A DNA stretch of 64,000 bases from Octopus vulgaris (lineage: Eukaryota), in the NCBI GenBank assembly GCA_951406725.2, contig OX597820.1, positions 88,412,001-88,476,000 on the forward strand, read 5' to 3'. Each line of letters starts with the position of its first letter. Within the stretch, counting starts at the first letter, position 1. The notes under the pieces are model-generated. The model ran no database searches and was not told where the DNA came from. It saw only the letters and a list, made by a program, of their open reading frames with translations. Below are positions 39,161 through 54,504 of this stretch, piece by piece. The position numbers and the translations under genes were made by a program.

Positions 39161-39783
39161 AAAAAAAATTAATAATAATTTCGGACTTCCTAGCTTCAGT
39201 AGTTTCTGAAATTCTTCTCCAGAATATATTACACACAAACAAACAGATGGTATGGGCAGGAGAACGAGGTGGGTGGCGGTATGGAGTGTATAAATGGAGT
39301 TGAAATAAATTAATGGTATCTAAAATGTTTGTTGTTTGAACAATCTGGTTGAGGAGTGACGCTGGTAGGGGTTAGGGGTAGGGCGCACTAAATGTTGCCA
39401 AACAAAGATTTACCTCTTGTTGTTCTCATTCAGATACGAGACAGACTAAGTGATGCTTCAAGTAGATTTTTCATTGGTGCATTATAAAGCAGCGGAGGGC
39501 GCGGGGTGGAAGAAGAGGCCACAACCAGCCCTCAATGTGATGCTGTTGGTTTGATTTATTTCCTGTACTACTGTCGACCTTTAACTCCTCAATATGAAAC
39601 TCTCATTTTCTCCCTTTTTCCTTCCGCTATCCTTCTCTTTCTTTCTTTCTCTCTCGCTCTCTCTCTCTTCACACTCGCCACTTTCTATAGTTTTCTTGTC
39701 ACCAATTTGTTTCCTTGCGTTGGCACAGTTTCCTTCCTTCCATCCTAACACCTACTCAGTTTTCTCAAGTCATTTCCACCCAA

Positions 39784-39868
<85 letters not shown>

Positions 39869-40102
39869 TTCAAACTCCTGTAGTTTTAGACTTGTAAGCA
39901 CAAGAGATATTCTCGTTCTAGAACCACAGGAAGAAGAGAGAAAAAAAACCCAGAAGATAGAAGACAACAACAAAAGAAGAAGAAGAAGAAGACGAAGAAG
40001 AAGAAGAAGAAGAAGAAGAAGAAGAAGAAGAAGAAGAAGAAGAAGACCAAGAAGAAGAAGAAGAAGAAGAATATTCTCATGTTTGATGATAATGATGGTG
40101 AC

Positions 40103-40144
<42 letters not shown>

Positions 40145-40456
40145 GATGTTGGTGGTAGTGGGTTTTCAATATTATTTATGCAGTTACTCAAATATTACAT
40201 TAGACATGCGCAGTCGCGTAAACAATGGTAGCTATGATAATAATTGTCATGTCTTTTCCTTTTGATAGCTGTAAGTGGTGGTGGTGGTGGTGGTGGTGAT
40301 GGGGTTACTGGCAGATATGATGGTGATAGATGCGATGCTGGTAGAGACTATAGTTGTGATCATGGTGGTATATGCTGTAGTTGTGATGTTGATAGAGGTT
40401 GTAGATGTGGTATTGGTACAATTAGTTACTGTGGTGTTGGTGGAGGTGGTAACTGT

Positions 40457-40700
40457 GGATCTTTTCAATTTGATGGCCAGATTTTTTAATTAATTTTTTT
40501 TTTTAACTAAACACTTTGAAACTTCGGATACTTGTAGAACAGGGTTTACTTTTAACGATTTTGACAAAATTTTGTATTTTAGAAGTTATTTCGTGTTAAA
40601 GTTGTCGTATTAGGGTAATTTTAATCAATCAGTGACGGGAATACAGCTGAAGAAAATTACTGCTGCTGTTTGCGAACAACAACTTCCGGGTCCACTCCCC
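40457..40700. mobile_element. Single arm of the GGATC-ended foldback MITE family
   Basis: GGATCTTTTCA...AACTAAACACTTTGAAACTT...AACTTCCGGGTC matches 53434-53700. Confidence 0.75.
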
Positions 40701-41957
40701 TGACAAAACCCTTCTTTAGTAATCAGAGATGTTTTTATATCAACATTGGTTTGTTGTATCAGGGTTGATTTGAGGCTAAATAACAACAAAATTATTACTG
40801 AGACAAACCAGCGACGGAACCTATATGTGGTTGCATGGCCTGCTAGAAAAGGTGGCCAAACTTTTTTTATATACAGAATAGAAAAACCTCTATCCTGTGA
40901 TATACATGTAGAGTCCATTGTGTCTGGGAAGAAAGACGAATAGTCACAGTTGGGACGTCTTTGATCGTATCTGTTCAGTCAGTTCCAACTCAGGGCTAAA
41001 CAAGTGACGAAGGAAACGAGACGAGGCAACGTGAGAGCCCTTACCTGGTCACTCGAGTTGCCAGAAAGAGCAACCAAATCTTCCTGACAAAACGAAAAAT
41101 GAAATTTCCGTCTTCAAGAAAAAAAATAATGCAAGCTTATATTATTTTATAATGTTCACTTAGGAATTTATTACTTCTAGAAAAGAATTAGACAAAATGG
41201 TCATGGCTGGAACACCTTTTCTCACAGATCCATTACAATCAGAGCTATCCTGTGGTTAAAACTATATTCTTCACTGAGTGGTGAAGCAAAGACAACTGCA
41301 GTTGTGCTGTTTGCAGAAGTGGATACTGTGGATTTGTACGTGAGATTAACGTGAGATTAACCATGGATTAACGTGGTGCAGTTATGTCAGTGAAAAACAC
41401 CAACTTAAGCAATTTTATTGTTTAGTCCCAGTTTAGCCTCGAATGACAGATTTATGAAGGAAGGCGTTCTAGCCATGCCCATGTTATCAGTCTCTCGGCC
41501 ACTGAGTATCTAAGACAACACCAACCAACATGTGTTTTCTTTTCCAGACGTCGGAGTGTAATTTGAGCCCGGAGTTGGTAGTAGTGATAACTGTTTTGTT
41601 GTTGTTGTATAGCCACAGGTCAACATTGATCAACGATACCTTTGGTCAAAGACACTCTCGCTTTAAACAATCCGTCTCTTTAAGGGTTTAAGTGAACTGT
41701 ATCGTGTATGACCTTCCCTTACATAAGACTATCAGGTGTGATTTGAGACAGATTTCGTTGCTATATTTAGTAGTACGAGTATTTACGTAAGGACTTCTGA
41801 GATTATACGTGCGTGTGTGTTTGTGAGTGTATGTGCGTATGTATGTATGTATGTATGTATGTATGTATGTATGTATGCATGTATGTATGTATGTAAGTAT
41901 ATATATATGTACCTGAACGTATACATGCATACATATATATATATATATATATATAAA

Positions 41958-42293
41958 GACACCCCTTCGGTCAGACACTGACCATGGGATTGCACCTAGA
42001 GAGTTACCCTCTGAGGCACAAGTCTGGGCAAGGTTGTTTTATGGAAGACCAGCAGTCGCCCATGCATACCGGCCTCACCTCTCCACGTCACCGATGTTGT
42101 CCAAGGGAAAGGCAAGGGCCGATACATCTTGGCACCTGTGACGTCGCAACTCATTTCTACAGCTGAGTGAACTGGAGCAACGTGAAATAAAGTGTCTTGC
42201 TCAAGAACACAACACGCAGCCCGGTCCGGGATTCGAGCTCACAACCTCACGATCGTAAGCTCGATGCTCTAACCACTGAGCCACGCGCCTTCA
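41958..42293 (-). mobile_element. SINE family C, full length
   Basis: tRNA-like head GAAGGCGCGTGGCTCAGTGGTTAGAGC...CTCGAATCCCGG; matches the copies at 22196 and 56893. Confidence 0.9.
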
Positions 42294-42658
42294 CATATAT
42301 CTATAATGTACACGCATATATATGTTCATATACATATGTATATATGTGTATATATAAGCATGTACGTATATATATATATAATATAATATATATATATACA
42401 CACATACATATATATGTATATATATGTGCATACATACATACATACATACATGCATACATACATACATACATACATACATACATACATACATACATACATA
42501 CATACATACATGCATATATATGCCCATCTTTTATACCAAGACAAAACAATGTACATGATAACGCTTCCAATCAGTTAAGATCAGAAGCCACGAGAGCCAC
42601 TGTATTATTATTATTATTGTTATTATCATCATTATTTATAATATTATTATTATTATTA

Positions 42659-42744
<86 letters not shown>

Positions 42745-42747
<3 letters not shown>

Positions 42748-43625
42748 TAGTTTTATTTTTTGTAGCGTGCTTTCACTTCACTACCGAGTGCAGCTCTGTG
42801 TGCCTTGGGTATGTGCTGTGGTCTATTGTGATGCTCTGATGGTTATTGTATGGAAAGTGTTCTGCGTAGGATGTGTGCAGTGCCTAGTAGTGCAATTTTC
42901 TGTATGTTATATCTGTTTGTAAGTCCTGGTGTTTTTGTTATGTATTTGTCTGAATATTTTTTTATCATGCCTAATGCACCTACTATGATAGGAATTGTTT
43001 CTGTTTTTAGATTCCACATTCTGGTTACTTCTATTTCCAGGTCTTTGTATTTTGAAAGTTTCTCCATTTCTTTTAGAGACACGTTGTCATCTGCCGGTAT
43101 TGATACATCAATTAGAAAGCATTTTTTTCCTTCATGATCTCTGACAACTATATCTGGTCTGTTGGCCTTAATTTCTCTATCTGTGTGTATTGGCATATCC
43201 CAGAGTATGGTTGCTTTCTCATTTTCTGTGACCTTTTCTGGGGTGTGCCTATACCATCATTTTTCCGTTATTCCATAATGTTGGCATAGCTTCCAGTGTA
43301 TGGAGGTTCCAACTCTGTCGTGTCTGTGAATATATTCCTTCTTAACCAGGACTGGGCAGCCAGAGATAATATGATTTATTGTTTCTTGTCCATCTCCACA
43401 TATTCTGCAGCTACTTGTTATATTTCTTTCCATTATGTGTTTTTGAAAATTTCTGGTGGGGAGGCTTTGGTCTTGTGCTGCAATTAAAAATTCCTCTGTC
43501 TCTGCTTTTTTTTTCCTTCATGATCTCTGACAACTATATCTGGCCTATTGGCCTTTTAATTTCTCTATCTGTGTGTATTGGCATATCCCAGAGTATGGTT
43601 GCTTTCTCGTTTTCTGTGACCTTTT
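42745..43625 (-). mobile_element. R4/Dong-clade non-LTR retrotransposon 3' fragment (RLE domain), family 1, in (TAA)n
   Basis: TDREIKANRPDIVV...CFLIDVSIP...KLSKYKDL...PIIVGALG...IQKIALLGTAHILR is a restriction-like endonuclease (PD..D, K..KY). The 5' end is rearranged. ATT repeats on both sides. Confidence 0.9.
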
Positions 43626-43647
43626 ATTATTATTATTATTATTAATA

Positions 43648-44827
<1,180 letters not shown>

Positions 44828-44947
44828 CATCATCATCATCATCATCATCACAACACACACACGCACACATTCTTTGTTTTGTCCTGTACTGTCCATAATA
44901 TTTTTCTTAATGTAAACCCTTGTAAAGTATTCGTAATAATAATAATG

Positions 44948-45032
<85 letters not shown>

Positions 45033-45091
45033 TAATATAATAATAATAATCATTATTATTACTATTACTATTACTATGATTATTATTATTA

Positions 45092-45134
<43 letters not shown>

Positions 45135-45268
45135 GATTATTATTTAATATATGTATGCAACTATATAATTAGTTCTTTTCTATGACTTATATTTATATAT
45201 AGTGTGTACCTGTATGTATATATGTATATGTATGTATACATATATGTGTATGTATGTGTATATATATA

Positions 45269-45350
<82 letters not shown>

Positions 45351-45701
45351 GTATATATACATATATCGTATGTATATACACATACATATATGTACATATA
45401 GATACATAAACATATTCATGCGCATACATGCATGCACGCACGCACATGTACATAGTCAATATATTATGGAAAAATGGATGAAGGGGCGTGTGTTTGTGTT
45501 GGTGTAGTGTGTGTGTATTAAAAGAGGAGTAAATGAGCAAATATACGAGTGAAGTGGGGTGGGGTAGATTGAATGGGAAAGAAAGAGAGTGGGGGTATAC
45601 GAAAAAGAATATGCAGAAGCTACAAAATGGCTGAAACGAAACAAAAATATGTAAACAACAACAAAATGATGATAATAATAAAAATAAAAAATTAATAATA
45701 A

Positions 45702-45750
<49 letters not shown>

Positions 45751-45754
45751 GATG

Positions 45755-45836
<82 letters not shown>

Positions 45837-45862
45837 TAATAATGATAATAATAATAATGATA

Positions 45863-45908
<46 letters not shown>

Positions 45909-46088
45909 GATAAATAAAAAAGAGAAAGAAAAGGAGAGACGAAAGTGTACAGCCCAGAGAAGTGTTGTGTTTGCCTGGTAGACAGACGTAGATGATTGTT
46001 CAGAAAGTGAGATCGATCAAATTATCTATTGATTGTTTATCTTTCATGTTCTTCTTCACGACTCCGTGACGTTTCCCCCTCTTTCTTC

Positions 46089-46125
<37 letters not shown>

Positions 46126-46284
46126 TTTCTTTCTCTCTCTTTTTTTTATATATTTATTCCAGCTTTCATCATTTAACACTCTTTCTTCTCAGTTATTGCT
46201 ATCCAAATTACTCTGACCCCCCACCGCCTTTCCCCACCCCCTTCTGCCACATATAATTTATTTCACTCTCATTCTATCTTCCCC

Positions 46285-46344
<60 letters not shown>

Positions 46345-46598
46345 TGTATGCATGTAAGTATGTATGTGTGGTTGGACATAGAAGGATTATTTCCTTTCAT
46401 CTTTTCGCCTCGCTTCTCCTTTGCTCTCGTATCTTTTGCCATATTTCTCTGTCGTAGTTTTCTTTACTATCGCCGGTTCCATCCGATTTGTTCACTGACG
46501 TACCTCTTTCTTTTCTGGCGTTTCCTTATCGTTGGTGTTGTTGTTGTTGTTGCTGCTGTTGTTTCTTCTTCTTCTTCTTCTTCTTCTTCTTCTTCTTC

Positions 46599-46640
<42 letters not shown>

Positions 46641-47867
46641 TCCTCCACTTCCTTCTTCTTCTCCTTCTTCTTCTTCTTCTTGTTCTTCTTCTCCACCTCT
46701 TCCTTCTCCTCCTCCTCCTCCTCCTCCCCTTCTCCTCCACACTCCTTCTCTTCCTCCTCCTCCTCCTACTACTACTTCTACTACTACTACTACTACTTCT
46801 TCATCTGTTTCTTCATCATCGTCAACTATACCTAGCCTCCTCTTCCTCCCCCTCCCCCTCTTTTTTTCTCTACATTCGTTGTTGTCGACTTGTTGTTTTT
46901 CCTCTCTTCTCTACGAGAGTTCTCTAACCTTCTGCAAGCTCGTTTTGCCTTTTCCCCCAATTGCTTTGTAGGTCCGTCTTCCCAATTGGGTAAACTAACC
47001 TGGTAGATAAGCTATTGATCTATTGAATAAGGTAGACACACACACACACACACATGCATACACTCATTATAATATAAACGCTCCAGTGCTTATATATATG
47101 TATGTTATCGTGTATGTGCGCGTGCGTGCATGCGTGTATGCTTATATATATAGGCACTTGCATACATACATACATACATACATACATACATACATACATA
47201 CATACATACATACATAGAAACAAAGAAGTGTATACAGGGACCCCACACAACAAAAGGTATCAACTCACAAATCTATCGCTTACAAGGTGATCGTGCTAAA
47301 AACTACATCACCAAGTGGACCCTTTACAAATCTGATGTGCTTCCACACAGTTTCTGTTTACCAAATTCTGTTGAAAATGGTTTGGCTGGCTTGAGTTTAT
47401 GGTAGACACTGCAATAACCAATACACCTCACAGCGGGATCGAACCTGGGTCTCATATTTGCATAGTTAATTTCTTAACTACGCAACCATATATGTGTTCA
47501 ATTTCCTACAGTAAAGAATAGCAGTGAGGTCATCGTGTAAATGTATTTTATTGAAGCTGGTGAACTTCTTTGTAGTTTATTGCTCGCAGAGAAACTAGCA
47601 ACTGAGAGTCAGTTCCAGACGGTGATGTTCGGAATTCAGTGATGAAAGACTGTTAAAAAGTATTCCGGGAAGCCATAGTTTTATTTCTCATTACTCTGAG
47701 ATACACTTATCGTCAAGCCATATGTATCGCGTTATTTAGTAACGACTCTTACTTTCTCTGAGTTAAAACTGGCTTGACTTTACATAAAATAAAGAACCAG
47801 GCAAGTGCTGGGCTCAGTAAAACTAGCTACCCTATTATATTATTCTGTTGTTTTTATACCCTTACAT

Positions 47868-48501
47868 CAGTGTTTCTCAGCCACATTTTTACCTACAAAC
47901 CCCTGTGATCCCTTCTTACTTAGATGGACCCTCCTAACCATTCGCTGTGTAAAATATCCTATTATAGGCGTAGGAGTGGCTGTGTGGTAAGTAGCTTGCT
48001 TACCAACTACATGGTTCCGGGTTCATTCCCACTGCGTGGCACCTTGAGCAAGTGTCTTCTACTACAGCCTCGGGCCGACCAAAGATGTTTTGAGTGGATT
48101 TGGTAGACGGAAACTGAAAGAAGCCCATCGTATATATGTATGTGTGTGTGTTTATGTGTTTGTGTTTGTTCCCGCCAACATCGCTTGTCAACCAATGTTG
48201 GTGCGTTTACGCCCCCGTTACTTAGCGGTTCAGCAAAAGTGACCAATAGAATAAGTACAAGGCTTACAAAGAATAAGTCCTGGGGTTGATTTGCTCGACT
48301 AAAGGCGGTGCTCCAGCATGGCCACAGTCAAATGACTGAAACAGGTAAAAGAGTAAAAGAGTATATTTTTATAATTAGATATTATCAAGAATTGTATTAA
48401 AATAATTATTCAAATATTTCGTGTTTAGTAGAAATATAACCAGTTTATTGCACATCAATTTTAACAGCAAAATTTGGCATGGACCCCTGCTGATAGCCAC
48501 T
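47868..48501. mobile_element. hAT/Charlie-like MITE interrupted by a family A SINE (47966-48362, +)
   Basis: Ends CAGTGTTTCTCAGC / GCTGATAGCCACT with internal GGACCCC motifs; the SINE is full length. Confidence 0.6.
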
Positions 48502-49746
48502 ACCTTACATGAACGTATACTTGTGTTCGAGTGTTACGCTTTCAAAAATAACATCTGGAAAAATTACATCTTGACGTAGTCATGATACAAGTGTGCTTAG
48601 TTTAACAACATCTACATTGATACTGCTTATATTTTTGCACTACAAATGTTATTTCCCCTTCATATTTATCAGCAACAACAACCATAGCTAAATCCTTCTT
48701 CACTAAATGCTAAATTAATACCCCCCATTAGATGTCTCCATCTTGTTCTATTCTTGCTATAATACGATCTATTGATCAACAGTTTGTACAACATAAGAAG
48801 AATCAAAGATGAACTGCAACGCTGTTGTATAAAAATAACAAACCGTGATCGATAGAGAAATAGAGAAATGCTCCCTGATGGCATTTATAAATTAGTAAAT
48901 CAAGAAACGGGAGTGGCAGCTGTTAGCAAAAAAGTGCCTGGAAAGAAAGATGTATTGGCTGAAACAGATCGATACATTTGGGATGTAGTCAGAGAAATAA
49001 AGGTTTTACAAAATGATCTATTTGCTTCTCTTTCGGCTTCAGTGAAGAAGGAAGAAACGTGTTAAATAAACATATTTATGTATTTATTTATCATTTTATT
49101 ATTTATTTTTACTATTCTCTTTTCTAGGCTGAGTCATCACTTTCCATAGCAGCATATGCAGTGTCTTTGCATAGTTTTTTTTTTCAATTTCTTCAGGAAA
49201 CTACTTAATCTGGCGAAGCTGGACCACTATCATCTGGTGATGGATTTTTTTTTTTCACCGTTCTCTCTCTCTCCCTTTCTTCCCTCTATCTCCCTCTCCT
49301 TTCCCCATCTCTCTTCCTCTATCTTTCTCTCTTTCACATTTTCTCTTTCCCTCTTTCTCTTCTTGAAGTAGTCTATTCGGTTTGCAGTCAAAAATATTGA
49401 TTTCCAGCATAAGCATAAGGATATATAATTTGAAGATAGAAAGACGATTGCTCAGTAAAAAACCCCAATACTTGACTGGTATTATTGATCCCAGAAAGAT
49501 GAAAATCAAAACAAGGAGGTATAAATGACCGCAATGTAATTTTTCTACTGCTCAACCGATTCTGTTTGTGTTATACTAACACTGAAATATAACGAACAGA
49601 ATCTGCCTTAGTATATGACTGCTACATATACAGACATTAGAGCACATTCAAGTGAATCTACACCAGTACAAAGGTGCAATGTATTCTGATATTAGGGTTC
49701 ACTCCATTAAATCTATCCCTGAATACTGTCCCCACTTAATATTACC

Positions 49747-50369
49747 TTCGAATTTTGGCACAAGGCCAGCAATTTGTGGGAAGCGGGTAAGTCGATAAAA
49801 TCAGCCTCAGTGCTCAACTGGTACTTATTTTATCGTGCCCGAAGGGGTGAAAGGCAATGTCGACCCTGGCGGCATTGGAACCCAGAACGTAAAGATGGAC
49901 GAAACGCTGTAGGCATTTTGCCTGGCGTGCTAACGATTCTGTTAGCCCGCCACTTTTGATTGCCGCTCATATTGATTTAAACTTTTGCACAAGGCCAGCA
50001 ATTCCGGAAGAGGGGACTAAATTGGCTACATTGACCCTAGTGCTCAACTGGTACTTATTTTATCGATCCCATTAAGCCGAAAGGCAAAGTTGACCTCGGC
50101 AGAATTTGAACACATAATGTGCAAACGGACGAAATACATATTTCTTTACTACCCACAAGGGGCTAAACATAGAGAGGACAAACAAGGACAGACAAACGGA
50201 TTAAGTCGATTACATCGACCCCAGTGCGTAACTGGTACTTAATTTATCGACCTCCGAAAGGATGAGGCAAAGTCGACCTCGGCGGAATTTGAACTCAGAA
50301 CGTAACGGCAGACGAAATACCATGAAGCATTTTGCCCGGCGTGCTAACGATTCTACCAGCTCGCCACCT
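49747..50369 (-). mobile_element. Cluster of three family B SINEs
   Basis: Repeated AACTGGTACTTA...AGGCAAAGT-GACC...GAAC; the least diverged copy is at 50136-50369. Confidence 0.85.
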
Positions 50370-50544
50370 TTGAGTCCAACTCATATTGACATGGGATGCA
50401 CCCAACTGAATCTACCCAAGTACATATCAAGCTTTGAGATATTTTATCATTATCGATCGAGAACAGCTGCTGAAAGAAAATGATGTTTGATTAGATTTTT
50501 TTTTTTGTGAAATCAGCAGATAGGAATAGCGTAGAATATCAACA

Positions 50545-50789
50545 ATTTCAGCTGGTCGGCTACGCAAACCACAATCTTGTGATTAGTGCAGTCAGACTAG
50601 ATAGGACATATAGAAGGGTGTCTAGCAACTGAAAACTAAGCGCGTCGTTTCCGACGCTGAAAGACGATAGGACTGGATTAACGAATTAATTAAGGAGTTG
50701 ATGGAGACGTTTGTTAACAACCACTGACGAGTATCTCTCTCTCTTTCGCCATCCCTCCATCTTTCTCTCTCTTCTTTAGCCATCCCTCC

Positions 50790-50830
<41 letters not shown>

Positions 50831-51180
50831 TGAAGGGAGCTATTTCATTAAAATCAAATGGGATAGAAAAGAAGTGGCTACAAGGAACGATAGATTGGAA
50901 AGGGAGCCTAGTCATTAGATTAGGAGAGACAATTATGATTGAAACGGTATGCCGATATGCTAGCAAAAAAAAAAAAATGAGACTCAATCATTATTTCGAC
51001 GCGGAATACGAAGGATGTTTTGTATGAAATAATCTGTGCGGTCTTGTATACAAGCGAAGCAGGGACCGAGGCAGCGTTCCTGACATCTAGACTAGCGTTA
51101 GGCGCTTAGAGCCCTCTGCCAGCTGGTTGATGGATGTTCCGGGGAGGATTTAAGGCGATTACTCCGACCTCAGCTCAACT
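50545..51180 (+). pseudogene. Decayed Tx1/L1 ORF2 remnant (end of endonuclease and tether), split by a TC-rich tract
   Basis: QLVGYANHNLVISAVRLDR...*KLSASF...WINELIK parallels 26468-26620. Confidence 0.55.
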
Positions 51181-51273
51181 GCTACTTTATTTTATCGAAT
51201 TCGAAGGAATGAAAGGCAAAGTCAGCCACGGCAAAATTTGAATAATAATAACAATAACAATAACAACAACAAC

Positions 51274-51336
<63 letters not shown>

Positions 51337-51509
51337 CCTTTCTACGAGAAGCACAAGGCCTCAAATGTGTGAGGAGGGGATTAGTCGATTACATCAACCC
51401 CAATGTTTCACTGATACTTAATATATCGACCCCTAAATTATCAAAGGTAAAGTCGGCCTCGGTGGAATTTGAACTCAGAACGTAGCGGCAGACTCTATGC
51501 CACTACTGA

Positions 51510-52062
51510 GTAGCTCTTTTACTTTCCTAACTAAGTTTCCCTCTACTCTAGTATTCTCTATCGCTAGTTCTCTGCTAAATTCTACAGCTTCTACTCTAAT
51601 CGCCCGTTGTAGATCCCTCCCACCATCGATTGTTGATGACTGCACTCGCCAACATTCAATGGACTAACTTACTAAGCCGGTCTCTGGAAGCTTTATGTGC
51701 CGGGAAGGACGCATTCGGCTTCCAGTATCCAGGTCTCTGGCTATGGAGCCTATCTCGGTCAACCGTACAGATCACAAGTTTGTAGTCTGTATAGCTGGCG
51801 AATTCAAATTGTGAACAACCTACGCTATTCCTATCTGCTGGCCTACAAAATACGCTGTCTAGATAAGATCTGGATGATTAGACACTGTTTGCCCATGTCC
51901 ACACTGGAGTATTCGGGAAATTACGTCTTAACCTGTCTGCCAGTTGGAAACGACTGAGCAGGTTTAAGAGGCTTACGCCCCTCACTTTTCTATCCGCTGG
52001 CACCACCCAATCCACACGTTGATCCCAAATAGCTTTCCAATCGCCCACTAACGACACATACA
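51510..52062 (-). pseudogene. Tx1/L1-clade APE endonuclease remnant
   Basis: LVGDWKAIWD...FQLADR.R..FPNTPVWTW.NS..SRSYLDSVF...SYTDYKLVICTVD...PGYWKPNASF: decayed GDxN, xLD, xDH and WKLN motifs. Confidence 0.8.
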
Positions 52063-52264
52063 CACACAGACGAACACCTAAGTACAAAACAAGGTGAGAA
52101 TATTAGTAATCGAATACGAAAGGTAGAGCAATATGTACTCTTATTAAAACGGCAAAATTATTTAAAAAATTGCAGTTTTCATCACAAATGGCCAACAACG
52201 GGAATGTAAAACTCTGAGTAACTCTGAGTAACAGTTTTTGTGATAATTTTGCAGCTTTAATAAA

Positions 52265-52310
<46 letters not shown>

Positions 52311-52481
52311 CGAAGACTCGTTGATTTCATTATTTTTCTTCTTTTGCCTGTGAGTTAAATATTGTAATCTGTGGAGACATATTTTTGTAGAAAAACGAAA
52401 TAGCAATCCTTTGGCTGCTATTTCTAAAATTTTCGGTATGTGGTCAAGCAACTTGTTGCTAAACCCTTAATTATTGTTATA

Positions 52482-52558
<77 letters not shown>

Positions 52559-53413
52559 TCACACATGTATATATACATACATGGTCACACACAGATACAC
52601 GCACGGACACACACACACTTCTATGTATATATCATTCTGTCCGTTTCTTCTGTGTTGTCTGTAAGCCTGTAGCTATCTCTCAATCTATTAACCTACCTAT
52701 ATGCTTTTATATGTATGTGTAATAGTGTATGCGCTTGTCCGAATGCCTGTCTGTCTGTCTGTCTGTCTGTGTGTCCATCATTTTTTCTCCCACTCTGTCC
52801 GCTTTCTCTCCCCGCTCCTCTTTCTCTCCCCCCCCTCACTTCTCTCGCTACAGTTGTACAGCTTTGTCGCCATGTTGTCGTCAGTCAACAAAACTATGTT
52901 TGTATTACAGGGATGTTTATGTTTGTTTTTTTGGTTTCGTTTCCTTGTGTCTGCGGTGGGGAAGATAAGTCGTTATTTCTCTATCTTTTCTACATGTTCT
53001 GACAGTGACAGCTCCATTATGTATGTGCGTGTGTGCGTGTGTACGTGTGTGCATGTATCTGCGTGTGTAGTTGTTGTGTGTGTTTGAATGTACCAGCAAA
53101 CGTGTGTATTTGTGTGTGTGTACACGTGTGTATTCATGTGCGTGTGTGTGTATGTACTTGTGTGTACGAACACTTATGTCTATATTTTGTCTGCATTTGT
53201 GTGTTATTGAGTTATTACTGCAATTTAGATGCAGCATAGCAGAATAGTTAAGAAGGTAGCTTCGCTATTAAGAGATCCCGGTTTCGTATCTATTGCGCAG
53301 TATATTGGGCAAATGTTTTTTTTATCATAGACTCAGTAACACTCAAGCATTGTGAGAGAAACTTGGTTGATGGAAAATGGTTGGAAGCCTGTCGGATTAT
53401 CCCTGTAATTTAA

Positions 53414-54368
53414 TCCTTTAGCATTTAAAACCAGGGATCTATTCCACGTCAATCACAGATTTTTAAATTAATTTTTTTTTTAACTAAACAGTTTGAAACT
53501 TCAACTACTGGTAGAATTTCTTACGTAGAACACGTTTTACTCTGAACGTTTTTGACAAAATTTCGTATTTTAGAAGTTATTTGGTGTTGAAGTTGTCGTA
53601 TTTGGGTAATTTCAACCAATCAACGACGTGTGTTCGGTTGAAGAAAGCTACAGCTGTTTGCGATATTAATCGAAGAGAAACAACTTCCGGGTCATCTCTA
53701 CTAAATGTCATCACTCTGTTTCAAAATGCTTTATTTTACAACTATGAGATGTATTGTTATTGTCATGATTTTATCAACAACAAACACATTTCGTCAATAT
53801 AAAAGTGTTTATTAGATAAAAATAAAATAACATTATCAAAACATGAAGGTAAAACAAAACAAAGAGTAGCTTATATACTGGAAAGTGTGGTAATTGTAGT
53901 GGCAGTGACAAGAGTGGTGACATTGAGTAAAGATGACCCGGAAGTTGTTCCTTTTCGATTACTATCGCAAACAGTAGCTTTCTTCAACCGAATACACGTC
54001 ATTGATTATTTGAAATCACCCAAATATGACAACTTTAACACGAAATAACTTCTAAAATACGAAATTTTGTCAAACATGTTCAGAGTAAAACCGTGTTCTA
54101 CGTGAGAAATTCTAACAGTATTCTAAGTTTCAAACTTTAGTTTTAAAACATCAATTTTTTTAAAACGGGTTATATCAGGCTGAAATATTCTACCTGTTTG
54201 TGTTGATTCAGGCCAAGTCTGGCCTCTCGCACCCAACCTACAATGTCATTCTACAGATAAACAGTCATATCATCAATATTTCAAAGCTACGAGATAATGC
54301 ATGACTAACCCAAAATTACGTGAATCAATAAGCTTAACATTAGACAAAGTAATCTGAATTCTAAAGAG
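53414..54368. mobile_element. piggyBac-type MITE containing a nested foldback MITE
   Basis: TTAA|TCCTTTAGCATT ... AATTCTAAAGAG|TTAA. Confidence 0.7.
53434..54160. mobile_element. Foldback MITE with inverted arms of about 260 bp (GGATC-ended family)
   Basis: ...GAAACAACTTCCGGGTCATCT pairs with AGATGACCCGGAAGTTGTTCC...; the arms align over their length. Confidence 0.85.
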
Positions 54369-54504
54369 TTAAAATTATTATCCTTGTCACAGTATTGCAC
54401 TCGTTCCACTTGAGAAGTACATAGGCATTGGAGTGGCAGTGTGTGAAGTATCTTGTTTACCAACATGGTTCCGGTTCAGACCCACTGCGTAGCACCTTCA
54501 GCAA

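Noticed and set aside
42225-42293. tRNA-like sequences at SINE heads
   Set aside because: They continue directly into SINE bodies and I could not fold a complete acceptor stem, so they are not called as tRNA genes.
42197-42922. 241-aa ORF, the longest in the track
   Set aside because: A chance read-through of SINE antisense, microsatellites and the antisense Dong 3' UTR.
48868-49065. 65-aa ORF MLPDGIYKLVNQETG...
   Set aside because: Short, with no recognisable motif or convincing splice context.
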